Virus record (IMG/VR): IMGVR_UViG_3300021091_000011
Reading direction: 5' to 3' (one strand)
DNA length: 64,000 nucleotides
From: a virus
Lineage: Duplodnaviria > Caudoviricetes
In this document: positions 10,510 to 21,183 of the stretch, one piece after another
Numbering within the stretch: position 1 is the first letter of the stretch
Layout: every line of letters starts with the position of its first letter
Position numbers and translations under genes: made by a program
The notes under the pieces: model-generated
What the model saw: only the letters and a program-made list of their open reading frames with translations
Databases searched by the model: none
Told to the model about the DNA's origin: nothing

Positions 10510-13500
10510 TCAAATCCGGTCTTTCAATCGCTTCTTGGCTTCGCTCGCACGGTCACCGATGTTCTTCAGGCTATTGCGCGTAGTGTCCAGCGTGCCCGAG
10601 ATTCGTTCGCCTGCGGCCTTATAATCGAAAGGCTGATTTCCTGAAACGCCCGCCAATGCGTTTTTCGATTGCGACCATAGGTTGCCGACTTCGAGCACTT
10701 GTTCCTGCGTCCATTCTTGAAGCGCGCTCTCGTCAATCAGTTCTGTGCTGCGATTGAAGGCTTCTACTAAGAACGCGGCGTCAGCACTCTTGCAGCCACA
10801 CAAGCCTTCATTCGTCAGCCCGATGCTTGCTAACTGTGCCGCAACATCATCGCCGTATGTAGACTGATACAAGTCAGACGTAGTAATCGGCCTGTTGCGG
10901 GCGAGCACTAAGTCCCTAATTTCCCTACGTCGATTTACGAGGCGTTCTAAAGAATTCGGGCCTGAGATACCAGCCGCACGAAGTATGTTGCGCTCGTTTT
11001 CGTTCAGCTTTTCGTAAAGATTCACCGTGTCATAGCCTCGGGCCTTGATAATAACCAAAGCCCGCTCCGTCGCGTCCATTGAGTTAGGCGTGGCGTTTAA
11101 GTCGGTGTCGGTGAAAAGTTCGTAGTGCTGCGTGAGCGTCATATCACGGCCATAGGGCATCCCGCCGTAAACCTCGAAACCGTTTTGATCGGACACGGGG
11201 AACACGGGCGTATAAAACTTCACGGACGATGGTTTCGTGGACTTCGTTTTCTTCAAGCCCTTTGGAATGGCACTATTGATTCCAAGTGAACGCTCAAACT
11301 GAATCTTGGCCGCATATAGCGTGACCACGATAGCAGCCTGATCGCCGTCTTTAACCATATCCTTCGCAGACGTCATTAGTTGCGAAGCCGTGTTCGCCAT
11401 CGGACCCGCGAGTTTGTCCGCGATCTTGCCGACGCCGGAAGCGTCTTGGTTTTTATATAGGTCCGTGACGAGCACGTTGCCGTCAATGCCGCACGCGACC
11501 AGCATTTTGTTGAAATCGCCCAATGCCGCGTAAACCGCCGAATAAGGCGTGTCCGATTGTTTCGCAACCGGAGTATTCGCAGGCCCCGTTATCTGCATCG
11601 AACTTATCGCAGGTAGCGCGCCCACGAAAGTCTGATACAACGAAGTGAAGTAGGTGTAGACCGTATTATATGCGTCTCTGAACCTAGCAGAAATAATTTG
11701 GCTAGGCTGTTTTTGCTTTGCGGCGGCTGAAATGCGTTCGGCAATCGCTTTTGACAGCGTTACGGGGGCAATGCCCAAGCCGCCTGCATAGGCTTTCGCG
11801 TTTTCCGCGATCTCCTGCGTAGTGGGCAGATTGTTGTAGTGAGGCGCGAAAGATACTTGGCGAACATCGCCCGTCTGTACGTCAATGTAACTCAGACCCG
11901 TCGCGTCGTTGTATACGCCGATGCGAACACCGCGCTTAGGCTCCGACATAATAATCCCCACGCCGTTGTCTGCTCGCGTGAGCGTGGGGATTTGATTCTT
12001 GTCGAGCGACGTTGCGGATTCCTTCACGATTTTAGAATCGGGATTGATCACCAACGTCTCGGGTCCTTGGAAATCGGGCAACAAGTGGCTGCTGCTATAA
12101 TACCTATACTGCCCGCGTAACTCGTTGCCCGGTGCAAACAACGCCTTCAAGTTTACGTTCAGGCTAATCCAAGACGCAAGTTCGCGGTCAGAACGAATCG
12201 CGCTATTGTCCCCCAACGGACTGTTCTGAAAAACACGCACCAGATTATTGTCGAACGAACTAAAACCCGCGACATTCTTGTTCTTCGCGTTTTTTTGAGT
12301 GTCTGTGCCGGAGGATACAATTTCTTGGCGAATCTTCGTGAAGATTTCTAGCAATTCGCTCTTTGGGATTAGCCTGCCGTCATCAGGGCCGTCGCCCGTT
12401 CTTAAGAAATAGTTGTTCTCGTCGCGCTTCTCTAGCACGCCCGGATTCGCGGCAACGATTTGACTCAAGTTGGTTTCGTTCAAGGCTTGCAAAGGAATCG
12501 AATCGGCATCTAACTTGGACGCATCGAGCGCCAAAATGACGTTCGGGAAGCCGATCATGCGGGTCGGGCCGCTGATTTCATTACCGTCGCCAATGTTTTT
12601 CGGATTGACGAATATCGGCATCGCCGGATACTTGCCCGGCTCGTCAAGTTTGATACTGTCCAATCCAGGGTAACTGCCGTCTTTTGGCGCGTCCACCGGA
12701 GGGAACCATTTACGCCTGCGCGCCACGCCATTGATCGAGGTCGTGCATTGACCGCCGAACGTGAACGAGTGGCCGACGCTCTTGGCGTAGTAGAAGCAAT
12801 CTAAATGACGAATGTAGACGGGATAGCCCGCGCGTAACTCCGGACGAAGTGGGATCGAAATCGTCGCCGAGTTCATGCCGATATTCGCCAAGTCCAAGCG
12901 ATTGATCGCTGCGACGAAAATCGAACGAGGGTCGGTGAGATACGTCGTCTCAAACGCCCCGCCCTCTTTCCAACCGAACTGCGCGACGAGTCGGAAATCT
13001 ACATACGTCGAACCGACGCCCATCCAATCATCGGTGCCCGTGCCTTTCCAATTCTCGAAGTGAGCACCCGTGCCCTTGATCATCGTCGCTTCGGGCTCGG
13101 CACTCGCCTCGCTAATCGAAATCAGGTCGGCATCTTCGATCACATAGACGGGGTCTTGCCGCGTATCCAGATTGTAGAACGGTGGCTTGAAAACCAGATC
13201 GCCGTCTACGTCTTGGTAAAACTCATAACCCGTGAGTGCGATGACCGCGTTCGCAATCTCCAACTTGCTCATCATATCGCTGTTGAAGAAGTTGACCTGC
13301 CCCATTGTGCCGAGGTCATTCGCGTAAACCATCATCTTCAACATATCAATACGGGTTTGCTTGCCATTCGCCGAGGCCGTGACGCTCGCCGTCGTGCTCG
13401 AACGGTCGTAACCTAAAGCCCGCATCGTCGTTTGGAAATCGGACGTCGATTGAAGGTCTTTCGTGTTGATATTAAGTTTGCCACCGATGCTTTTGATGAT

Positions 13501-14328
13501 CTTGTTGACTTTTCTCTGATCGCCGGATTGGAAAATCCCTAGATAAGCCTGCTCAAACATCGAGAACAGCGAGCCGTCCACGCCGTACATTCGCAGATTG
13601 CCCGCACGTTGTTCCCAACGCGACGACCAAAGCTCGGCGGCGTGCTTGAACCCCTTGCCCTTCGGGTCATTGAAGTTCGTTTTCTGCGAAAGTTTGTATT
13701 CGACGCCGAACGCAGCACCGAAGCCCGCACGGACCAAAGTGTAAATGATCGAGAACGGACTAAGGCGCATGAGCGAGTGACCTTCAAGGTCCACAAACAC
13801 GCCAGAGTTGTCCGGTCGAGGTCCGAACACCGCACCGTTGGTAGACAGATACAAGTTCTGCCAAAAGTGCAGGATATCGGCGCATGAAAGCGAGGCCGAA
13901 TAAAAGCCGCCGCTAAACTCGTGCGAAGCCTCTTTTACCACGCCTCGAAAGACTTGGTAATACGGATACATAGAGACATCGCTGAGTCCATCTTCTTTGA
14001 CTAGGCCACTTTGGTCAAAGTAGCCGCGAAAAAGAATCTGAATCTCAAGGCCCGGCTGCAATAACCAATTGCCGTCTGAGCCAAATACATCCGTTTCGTG
14101 TTTCGGCACGACGAGCGAGATCGAAGCCGTTGCAATCGGATCGGTGCTGGAATCGACCGATACAGACGTGATGTATTTTTGCAGTTCGATGCGGCGTCTG
14201 CACGTTGAGCACGCTTCAAGCGAAGTCATGCCGTTGACGTACACGAGCACGTCCGGCGTATGGCGATATACCGAACGATTCTGCTTCCACGTCGGCGCAT
14301 AAGGACGGTCTAGCAGACCCATGTTCAA
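10510..14328 (-). CDS. Baseplate hub protein (gp27/gpD-like), large
   Basis: SKLEIANAVIALTGYEFYQDVDGDLVFKPPFYN and MNSATISIPLRPELRAGYPVYIRHLDCFYYAKSVGHSF are hub-type segments. Lies between the tube initiators and the spike. Confidence 0.7.
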   Translation of the reverse strand: MNMGLLDRPYAPTWKQNRSVYRHTPDVLVYVNGMTSLEACSTCRRRIELQKYITSVSVDSSTDPIATASISLVVPKHETDVFGSDGNWLLQPGLEIQILFRGYFDQSGLVKEDGLSDVSMYPYYQVFRGVVKEASHEFSGGFYSASLSCADILHFWQNLYLSTNGAVFGPRPDNSGVFVDLEGHSLMRLSPFSIIYTLVRAGFGAAFGVEYKLSQKTNFNDPKGKGFKHAAELWSSRWEQRAGNLRMYGVDGSLFSMFEQAYLGIFQSGDQRKVNKIIKSIGGKLNINTKDLQSTSDFQTTMRALGYDRSSTTASVTASANGKQTRIDMLKMMVYANDLGTMGQVNFFNSDMMSKLEIANAVIALTGYEFYQDVDGDLVFKPPFYNLDTRQDPVYVIEDADLISISEASAEPEATMIKGTGAHFENWKGTGTDDWMGVGSTYVDFRLVAQFGWKEGGAFETTYLTDPRSIFVAAINRLDLANIGMNSATISIPLRPELRAGYPVYIRHLDCFYYAKSVGHSFTFGGQCTTSINGVARRRKWFPPVDAPKDGSYPGLDSIKLDEPGKYPAMPIFVNPKNIGDGNEISGPTRMIGFPNVILALDASKLDADSIPLQALNETNLSQIVAANPGVLEKRDENNYFLRTGDGPDDGRLIPKSELLEIFTKIRQEIVSSGTDTQKNAKNKNVAGFSSFDNNLVRVFQNSPLGDNSAIRSDRELASWISLNVNLKALFAPGNELRGQYRYYSSSHLLPDFQGPETLVINPDSKIVKESATSLDKNQIPTLTRADNGVGIIMSEPKRGVRIGVYNDATGLSYIDVQTGDVRQVSFAPHYNNLPTTQEIAENAKAYAGGLGIAPVTLSKAIAERISAAAKQKQPSQIISARFRDAYNTVYTYFTSLYQTFVGALPAISSMQITGPANTPVAKQSDTPYSAVYAALGDFNKMLVACGIDGNVLVTDLYKNQDASGVGKIADKLAGPMANTASQLMTSAKDMVKDGDQAAIVVTLYAAKIQFERSLGINSAIPKGLKKTKSTKPSSVKFYTPVFPVSDQNGFEVYGGMPYGRDMTLTQHYELFTDTDLNATPNSMDATERALVIIKARGYDTVNLYEKLNENERNILRAAGISGPNSLERLVNRRREIRDLVLARNRPITTSDLYQSTYGDDVAAQLASIGLTNEGLCGCKSADAAFLVEAFNRSTELIDESALQEWTQEQVLEVGNLWSQSKNALAGVSGNQPFDYKAAGERISGTLDTTRNSLKNIGDRASEAKKRLKDRI

Positions 14329-15443
14329 CGTCTCCCAAGTAACTCAAACGGCGTCTGCGCTTGTGCTGGATTAGCATACGCCTGACCCGACGTACTTGCG
14401 GGCGTGGTGGGCGTCACGGGCACCGCTCCCGACAATGGGTTCACATAAGGACCACGCATAGGCCCCAATGAAGCAGGCTGACCCGCACGGTCGAAGATTT
14501 TGTCCGCGACGAATTCCATGTTCCATTCGATTCGATGCGGCATATCAGACTTGTACGAGTAGTCGAAACTCTCGATATGGCCGATGTAAGTAAACTGATC
14601 GTAGTCAATCGCCACCGCGCCAATCGCCAAATGCGCCTCGGTCTTTCCGTAGGTGTCACGCAAATAGCCGTTGTGACGATAGAACTGATACAGGGCCGTG
14701 AAGTTCTGGAACGCAGCCGAGTTTCGCTTCGACGCAAACTGAACGCCCGTCGGCGTCGTCGTTTGCATTGAGTTTGCGACCGCACGTTGCGAGTTCTCGC
14801 CCGCGATGAAAGCACCCGTCGTGCCCGAGAAACTGATTTTTACTTGTTCCTCGCCCCAACGCTCAAACACGAAACCGAAGCGCGTCCGGTCGCTGTATTT
14901 CTGAACCGTCGCATAGGCCGTGTTCATATTATTGGGATTGACGAGCAACGTCAGAGGCGGGGCTTTGCGAATCTGCTCGACTTGATACTTAATGTCGGTG
15001 GCGGTGAACTTGTCGGACAACGTGACCATTTTGCGGGTCGTGCCGTTGACCTGAAGTACGGCCTCGCCCTCATAGTAAAGTTGCTCTGCGAACGAAGGCG
15101 TGCCCCGCGTTGATGTGCCTACAACCGCACTCGTAACCATGTTCACGCCGAATTGCCGCTGGACCACACCCGCCGTCACGTTATTGCGCGCGATTTCTTC
15201 GCCCGCGCCCGAGTAAACGTCAACGGTGACCCGATTAGGGTTTGAGGATGCCTGATTGTAAAAAGGCGTGTCCCTTAGATGCTCGGGCAACACGAGCCGC
15301 AACGTAAAGGGGGAAAGGTCGCGGGGCAGTTGTCGCGTACCGTCTATGGGTACGGCGTCTTGCTCTTCAAACGAGTAGAGCAACGACGGGCCTGCGGGTA
15401 AGCCGTCATAGCGCGAAGCGATTAGGTCGGGCCTGATGCTCAT
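14325..15443 (-). CDS. Tail tube initiator/baseplate-tube junction-like protein
   Basis: LLVNPNNM...WGEEQVKISFSGTTGAF is paralogous to 15440-16015. Located downstream of the tape measure gene. Confidence 0.55.
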   Translation of the reverse strand: MSIRPDLIASRYDGLPAGPSLLYSFEEQDAVPIDGTRQLPRDLSPFTLRLVLPEHLRDTPFYNQASSNPNRVTVDVYSGAGEEIARNNVTAGVVQRQFGVNMVTSAVVGTSTRGTPSFAEQLYYEGEAVLQVNGTTRKMVTLSDKFTATDIKYQVEQIRKAPPLTLLVNPNNMNTAYATVQKYSDRTRFGFVFERWGEEQVKISFSGTTGAFIAGENSQRAVANSMQTTTPTGVQFASKRNSAAFQNFTALYQFYRHNGYLRDTYGKTEAHLAIGAVAIDYDQFTYIGHIESFDYSYKSDMPHRIEWNMEFVADKIFDRAGQPASLGPMRGPYVNPLSGAVPVTPTTPASTSGQAYANPAQAQTPFELLGRR

Positions 15444-16015
15444 CGGCTCTCCGCAGGCGCGGGGTTATACACGGTGCGCCAAGTCTGAATCTCTTTGGAA
15501 ACCGTGAAATCAGCCGTCATCGTGAACATGAAAGGCTTGTCCGGCGACTCCGTCACGTTGAACGATGAAAACCAACCGAGATACACGCCACCATCGAAGG
15601 TGACTTTGATGATCCCTTGAGCGACGATTTGGCCGTAGGTGTCGTAAATCGAACCGTTGCCATGAAATAGCGATAGAAAGTCCAAGTAACTATCGTAAGC
15701 GAGAGTTTCACGACGAGTGCCGCCCGTGAAACCAGGCTCCGTCGTAGATACCAAGCCTGTGTAAAGGCGCATGAACGCGCCCGTGACCGCCTCAAACGAG
15801 ATCGTTTGAGGTTCATCGCCCCAATGCTGTTCGACGAACCCGCCTTTGGTCTGAATGCGCTCAATCTTCGTGGCGTACTTCAGGCTCATCGACTGCGGGT
15901 TAATGTGCAGTATGAGTTTCCAGCCGTCCGGCAACAAAGACGTTTCGTGGTCAGGACCGAGTACGTCGAAGATCACGGGCCGTAGGTCACGGTATTTCTC
16001 GTTGAACACGGCCAC
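15440..16015 (-). CDS. Tail tube initiator-like protein
   Basis: LHINPQSM...WGDEPQTISFEAVTGAF...GWFSSFNVTESPDKPFMFTMTADFTV; gene follows the tape measure. Confidence 0.6.
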   Translation of the reverse strand: MAVFNEKYRDLRPVIFDVLGPDHETSLLPDGWKLILHINPQSMSLKYATKIERIQTKGGFVEQHWGDEPQTISFEAVTGAFMRLYTGLVSTTEPGFTGGTRRETLAYDSYLDFLSLFHGNGSIYDTYGQIVAQGIIKVTFDGGVYLGWFSSFNVTESPDKPFMFTMTADFTVSKEIQTWRTVYNPAPAESR

Positions 16016-16018
16016 GGA

Positions 16019-19000
16019 TTAGCGGCCTCCCGCTGGTGCCCGAAGGCCCGACTCCTGAATCACGCGCTTGACGACGTTGTAGACCTTGGCTTCATCGCCG
16101 CTGATGTAAATGTTGACGACGCCACCACCGCCGTTGATCGCCTTGTCAATCGCACCGCCCGGCTTCGCGCCGAAGAACTCGTCACGCTTGTTGATCGGAT
16201 TGATCGTGCCTCGGGTTCCGTCGCCACGGTAGATGAAGTCCTCAACGGGGAATCCTGCTTTAGCGGCAAGTGCCTTAGCTGCCTTATCACTACCAATAGC
16301 CCTTTTTAGAAAGGATATGTCACCGACTATCGCAGCACCTACCGCACTACCGTATCGTGCCTCTAATAGACTAAGGGCTTGGCCTTCTTCAAGCGTTTTA
16401 ACTATCTCAATGTTTTGCTTTTCGTTCTCTTTGAGTGAATCTTCCATCTTCTTTTGCGCGATTACGTCGTCTGACGCTTTCTTTAGAGCGATATCTTTTT
16501 GCGCTATGTTTTCTTTGAGGACTTGTTCCTCAGTTCGACGCGCTTTAACACCCCCGGCTACGGCTTCGCCAAAGGCATCTAAGGCACTAGGCGCTGCCTC
16601 GGATGGTGCAACGCCAAGGGCTCCGGCTTGGGCATTTGCCATCGAATAGCCTTTGCCCAAACCCTCTAGCGTTTTCTCGCCGATCTCTTTGCGCTTGTCA
16701 GCCTCGGCTTTTTGGGCTTTCAGGGTGTCGAGGGTTTTCCCCAAACCCTCGACTGCCGCCGCGTTGCGTTCTTTTTCGGGTTTCGCCATTTCAGCGGCAA
16801 TAGTGCTTTCTATTGATTTTATGGAATCGGCGAGGCTCCCACTTGTCTCTTTGGTATCCTTGACTTCTTGCTCGACGCGCAACCGTTCTTCACGCTTCTT
16901 TTTCGTGTCTCCGATCTTGTTACTCCACTCAGCCAACCCGTCGAAGATATCAGTCAGGGTGCTGCCGATAGTCTCAAGCAAGCCTGCAATCTTGTTTTTC
17001 AGGACATCAGTAATAGAAGTAGTCGCATTGACTTGGTCTTGGGCAAGTTGTTCCATCGACTGTGGCTTTGCCTTGCTGAGTTCATCGAATAGTTTTTTAT
17101 CACCCTCGGTTATCGGCACTTCGCCCGAAGCCATTTTCTCCAAAATCTCGGGGATAGTGGCTTCTGGAAAGTTAGCCTGATAGCGGTTTAGAAGTGACGC
17201 CATCTGGTCGAAGTTCTCGCCGGAGATGCCCGTCAAGTCCTCGAAGTTTTTGCGCGCGATGTAGCCCATTTCGTCAAGGCTTTGCGCGCCGACCAACGAC
17301 ATACCTTCTGTAAGGCGCATGGCTACGTCGGACAAACCCGAAAGGCCGGACATACCCTTCGCCATACCCATCGTGCCGCCCTGCGCGCCTTGGGCCACCT
17401 TACGCAGTTTCTCCAACCGCTGACCCGCCATCGCCGCTTGCTCGGGTGCCAAGCCCTTACGCTGCCCTTCGGCAATAAGGGCCTGTTGCAAGCCGCCGAT
17501 TTCCTTGCCCGACATGTTGGCAAGTTTCGTCATATCGATCTCACTAAGGGTTTCGGAAAAAGTATTTCCAAAATCCTTCGTGAAGTTCTCCATTTGATCC
17601 GTCAAGGCCGCTTGAAAGATTTTCTGGCCCCTACCGCCGACGAGCATACTTGCTTTGAAGCGTTCTTCGATGCCTTTGCCGCCCATCTCTTTGGATTGCA
17701 GGAGTTCTTGGGCCTTCTCTTTGTCCATGATTTTCATCAGGCCGAGAAGTTGGGCAGCGGTCTTGTCCAGACGGATGTTGTAAAGCGCGAGGCCCGAAGT
17801 GGTTTGACTAACAGCGGTGAAGAAGTCTTTGACGTTCAATCCGGCGACTTGAGCACCCGCCGTGATCGCGCCGAAAGAGTCTTTGATGCTGTCTAAGCCC
17901 ATGCCCATCTTGCCGAACATCATGCTGAAGTTTTGCGTGAGTTCGTCTACGGTGATGCCTAACGCCCGCGTGTAAGTATTAGCGAACATCGCCATCTCGG
18001 TATAGGCTTCCGTCGCGTTGCCCGTCTTAGAAAACTCCGAACGCAACTGACTCAACGCCATGCCAGAGTCATTAAACTTGGTGATTAAATTCAGCGCGTC
18101 CTGCGCGGATACTTTTGTGATATCTGAGAACTCAATCGCCGCGTCACGAACTTCTTTCAGGCTCGACTTGAGATTGAATCCAGACTCAAAAACCGACTTG
18201 CCGAAAAGGTCAACGGCTGGCGCGGCATCTAGTATGGTCTTGTTGAACTCTCTGACTTGTCCATCGGCGGCGAAAGCAACAGCGGCCAAACCCGCGACCG
18301 CAGCACTAAGCCCCAACAGGACGGGACCGAGCTTTGTACCGACCGCTAAGAGGGCATCCAACGCACCCGCTTTTTCACCAGGAGCACGTCCCGCAGCGCG
18401 CTGCTCTAATGCACGCGCGCTTGCGCGTTGGATAGCCATCCCGCCTTTAGAGAGGCCACTCGTAAGAATCTTGCCGAAATCCTCCGCGCTAACGGTCAGC
18501 GCACCCGAAAGTGCCTCACCCGCCAACTCGCCGCCTTCTTGGATGCGCGTGCGAAGTAACTTCGCTGAAGCATCCTGCGCGTCCTTTAGGATTTTCTGCT
18601 GCTCTTCAATGCGGGCAAGCGACTTTCGGCTCTGATCTTCGAAAGCCTGCATCGCTTTGCGCGAAGCAAGGTTCGCTTCTTGCCTTCGCTTGGCGAACTC
18701 TTTTGTGAGTTCTTCTTTCCTCTGCGTTAGTTCTTCCCTTACGGCATCGTTTTTTTCATCATTGATCTGTCTCTGAAGTTCCGCTTCTTCTTCAGCAAAC
18801 TTTTTCTGTTCAGCGTTTAACTTATCGCCCGCTTCAGTTATTGATTTCGTGGCCTTCTCAAACGCTTTAGTCACACCTTTGGCTGAAGAGTCCGCGCCGA
18901 TTTGGAAAGCCTGCGCGATGGCTTTACGGACATCGTCACTTCCCAACTTCAGGCTTTTCTTGAAATCTTCGCCAAACGAATCAGCGGCGTTGCTGAAACT

Positions 19001-19051
19001 ATCTAGGGCCGACTCTGATTTTGGGTCAAGACCGATTAGGATTTTGCTCAT
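16019..19051 (-). CDS. Tape measure protein (1010 aa)
   Basis: Long Ala/Gly/Lys/Glu-rich helical protein with hydrophobic segment GPVLLGLSAAVAGLAAVAFAA, in the canonical position after the tail chaperones. Confidence 0.8.
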   Translation of the reverse strand: MSKILIGLDPKSESALDSFSNAADSFGEDFKKSLKLGSDDVRKAIAQAFQIGADSSAKGVTKAFEKATKSITEAGDKLNAEQKKFAEEEAELQRQINDEKNDAVREELTQRKEELTKEFAKRRQEANLASRKAMQAFEDQSRKSLARIEEQQKILKDAQDASAKLLRTRIQEGGELAGEALSGALTVSAEDFGKILTSGLSKGGMAIQRASARALEQRAAGRAPGEKAGALDALLAVGTKLGPVLLGLSAAVAGLAAVAFAADGQVREFNKTILDAAPAVDLFGKSVFESGFNLKSSLKEVRDAAIEFSDITKVSAQDALNLITKFNDSGMALSQLRSEFSKTGNATEAYTEMAMFANTYTRALGITVDELTQNFSMMFGKMGMGLDSIKDSFGAITAGAQVAGLNVKDFFTAVSQTTSGLALYNIRLDKTAAQLLGLMKIMDKEKAQELLQSKEMGGKGIEERFKASMLVGGRGQKIFQAALTDQMENFTKDFGNTFSETLSEIDMTKLANMSGKEIGGLQQALIAEGQRKGLAPEQAAMAGQRLEKLRKVAQGAQGGTMGMAKGMSGLSGLSDVAMRLTEGMSLVGAQSLDEMGYIARKNFEDLTGISGENFDQMASLLNRYQANFPEATIPEILEKMASGEVPITEGDKKLFDELSKAKPQSMEQLAQDQVNATTSITDVLKNKIAGLLETIGSTLTDIFDGLAEWSNKIGDTKKKREERLRVEQEVKDTKETSGSLADSIKSIESTIAAEMAKPEKERNAAAVEGLGKTLDTLKAQKAEADKRKEIGEKTLEGLGKGYSMANAQAGALGVAPSEAAPSALDAFGEAVAGGVKARRTEEQVLKENIAQKDIALKKASDDVIAQKKMEDSLKENEKQNIEIVKTLEEGQALSLLEARYGSAVGAAIVGDISFLKRAIGSDKAAKALAAKAGFPVEDFIYRGDGTRGTINPINKRDEFFGAKPGGAIDKAINGGGGVVNIYISGDEAKVYNVVKRVIQESGLRAPAGGR

Positions 19052-20283
19052 TTCAGATTCTCCAAACCGGGCTTCCTAGCGGCTAGTTTGTCTTGCAACG
19101 TCGCACCGCCTGAGTCCTTGCCGTACTCTTCGGGCATCTGCGTCGTGCTGATCCAACCTGCTCTGATTTCCGACCCAATGACCTTGTCGTACAAATGCGA
19201 GGCAATAGCCGAACTAGGACCATCCGACTTCACGCTGACCTGCGTGTTGAAGCCGAGTTCTGCCAATTGCTCAGGCGTGTACCCAACCATTGTGGTCGTG
19301 CCCGAAGTGCCCGCGACATACCCTTCTTGATCGCGCGCCGCTTGAAGTGCCGCCTCGTAATCAGCCTTGCGCTGCGCCATGTTGGATTGAATGCGGTTTA
19401 GATACTCGTCTACGACGAGATCGTGCGCGTCTTTCCGGCCTTCGACGAATCGACGCATTTGCTCATCGAGTTCGTCGAACGAACGTGCGGCTTGAATATG
19501 GTCCACGACGTACTCTTCGCCGCCGACCATGATTTTTACTTTGACCGTCCCATTCCAATCAGGTCCATAAAGGACTTTATGCAGCGTGTCTGAAATCTGC
19601 TTCTGACGGCGATCTTCTTCTCGGGACTTCAGCCGCTCCAACTCTCGCGTCAAGTGTTGGGCACCCTTGCCTGATACCGAACCGACCTGCGCGCGGGTAT
19701 GCTCCCACCGCCGCAGGTCATCTAAATACTCGTCCTCGGCGATGTTGTGGGCAACCCACATCCGACGCACGTTGTTGTCGTCAGATTGCACAGCCTTACG
19801 GCCTTGCAGACGCCACAATGCCCGCGAGTAGTTTTCATAGCAGTAGCACTCGGATAGCAGCATGGTGCGATCCAAGCGGTTCTGCAAAGTGTTGTAGATG
19901 TCGAACAGCGCGTTCAAGTGCTCAAGGCGCAAGTCCTTGAAGAACTCGTTACGCAAATGGAACGCCGCGTTTCGATCATCGAATACGTCGTATCCATTCA
20001 CCATCCAGACGGACGATGAAAGCACCCAACGCATCACGTCGCCTTTGATTAGCGCGGATTCACATCGCGCACGCAACTGCGTCATTCGATCCAGCGGCAA
20101 CGTGCGAAACGTAATCACGCTGCCATTTAGATACGCGGGTGCGTGCAGAAAGCCGTCAGTCAATAGGCTTTCCACATCGTTGTAAAGGAACCGTCTGCGG
20201 AAAGAATCATCAAGCCGTTGCTTGGCTAGATGCGCTTGGTATTCCTCATTCGGTTCTTCGGCGTTGGTCCCGATTTCATCCAC
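19048..20283 (-). CDS. Tail assembly chaperone-like protein
   Basis: Lies between the tube and tape measure genes. N-terminal TFRTLP...WVLSSSVWMVNG resembles the neighbouring 20276-21163. GTG start. Confidence 0.55.
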   Translation of the reverse strand: MDEIGTNAEEPNEEYQAHLAKQRLDDSFRRRFLYNDVESLLTDGFLHAPAYLNGSVITFRTLPLDRMTQLRARCESALIKGDVMRWVLSSSVWMVNGYDVFDDRNAAFHLRNEFFKDLRLEHLNALFDIYNTLQNRLDRTMLLSECYCYENYSRALWRLQGRKAVQSDDNNVRRMWVAHNIAEDEYLDDLRRWEHTRAQVGSVSGKGAQHLTRELERLKSREEDRRQKQISDTLHKVLYGPDWNGTVKVKIMVGGEEYVVDHIQAARSFDELDEQMRRFVEGRKDAHDLVVDEYLNRIQSNMAQRKADYEAALQAARDQEGYVAGTSGTTTMVGYTPEQLAELGFNTQVSVKSDGPSSAIASHLYDKVIGSEIRAGWISTTQMPEEYGKDSGGATLQDKLAARKPGLENLK

Positions 20284-21163
20284 GCCGGAAGTTCGGATTC
20301 ACCTCGCCCTTCGGCGTGGGGTTCAACTCGGGACGTCCTTTGGGTGCCGCGTCCTTCCCACGATTGCTCAATACCTGCGGGGGAAGCCGCATCGCCGTAG
20401 CGTCTAACTCAGGCATCGGAGCGGGCGGGTCCGGAGGCGGCGCGGGCGGGCCAGGAGGCGGCGAAGAAGCTGGAATCACCGACTCACGCTTTGCCGCCTC
20501 TGCACGCTGCGCCTGCACATAAGCACGCTGCGCGTTGTCTGATTCTTCAATCGCCGTGTTCGCCTTCAACAGCGAATCGACCTGATCCTTGAAAATCGTC
20601 GGATCACCCACCGTGCGCTTCTCACGCTCGGCCTTAACCTCAATCAAACGACCCTCAAGCCGCGCGATCTCAACGTCCAAATCGTCAATCGACTTGCGAA
20701 CGATGTTGTCGGCTTCATCCTGAAGCTGCTGCGTCAAATCGCCGTAGGCTTCAAACGCCAACGTCAACGACGAACGTGCCCACTCGTTGCGAATCATCTC
20801 ACGCAACGCGGTTGCCTTCGTGACTTTGATAGGCGTGCCGTCCTCTAAGACCTCACCCGTGGCGATGAACTTCTCACGGCGCAAATCCAAATCACCGATC
20901 TGGATAATGGCGTGCGAAATCACCTCGATACGAAAGCGGTCGAAGTAGTCTAAGGCTGCGGCTCGGGACATATTGCCGTCCTCAGTAGCCTCATCCTTAG
21001 ACTCTTCGATCACTTCGGCGGCGTAGCGGTGAACTTGCGTTTCTTCAACAGGTAACAATGGCCTGATGGTGATATTCAAATCACCAATCTGAAACGTATG
21101 CTCATTCTTGCCGAAAGTCTCAAGCGGCTCAAGAGCCTGCTTCAAGTGCGAGAGTGAAATCAA
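20276..21163 (-). CDS. Tail assembly chaperone-like protein
   Basis: Directly downstream of the tail tube gene; TIRPLLP...VISHAIIQIG segment and a Pro-rich C-terminal tail. Confidence 0.55.
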   Translation of the reverse strand: MISLSHLKQALEPLETFGKNEHTFQIGDLNITIRPLLPVEETQVHRYAAEVIEESKDEATEDGNMSRAAALDYFDRFRIEVISHAIIQIGDLDLRREKFIATGEVLEDGTPIKVTKATALREMIRNEWARSSLTLAFEAYGDLTQQLQDEADNIVRKSIDDLDVEIARLEGRLIEVKAEREKRTVGDPTIFKDQVDSLLKANTAIEESDNAQRAYVQAQRAEAAKRESVIPASSPPPGPPAPPPDPPAPMPELDATAMRLPPQVLSNRGKDAAPKGRPELNPTPKGEVNPNFRRG

Positions 21164-21183
21164 AGCAGTTGTTCTTTCAGTTG

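Noticed and set aside
20276-20300. Programmed G/GT-type frameshift between the tail chaperones
   Set aside because: No XXXYYYZ slippery heptamer precedes the stop. The downstream gene has its own GTG start and resembles a full paralog.
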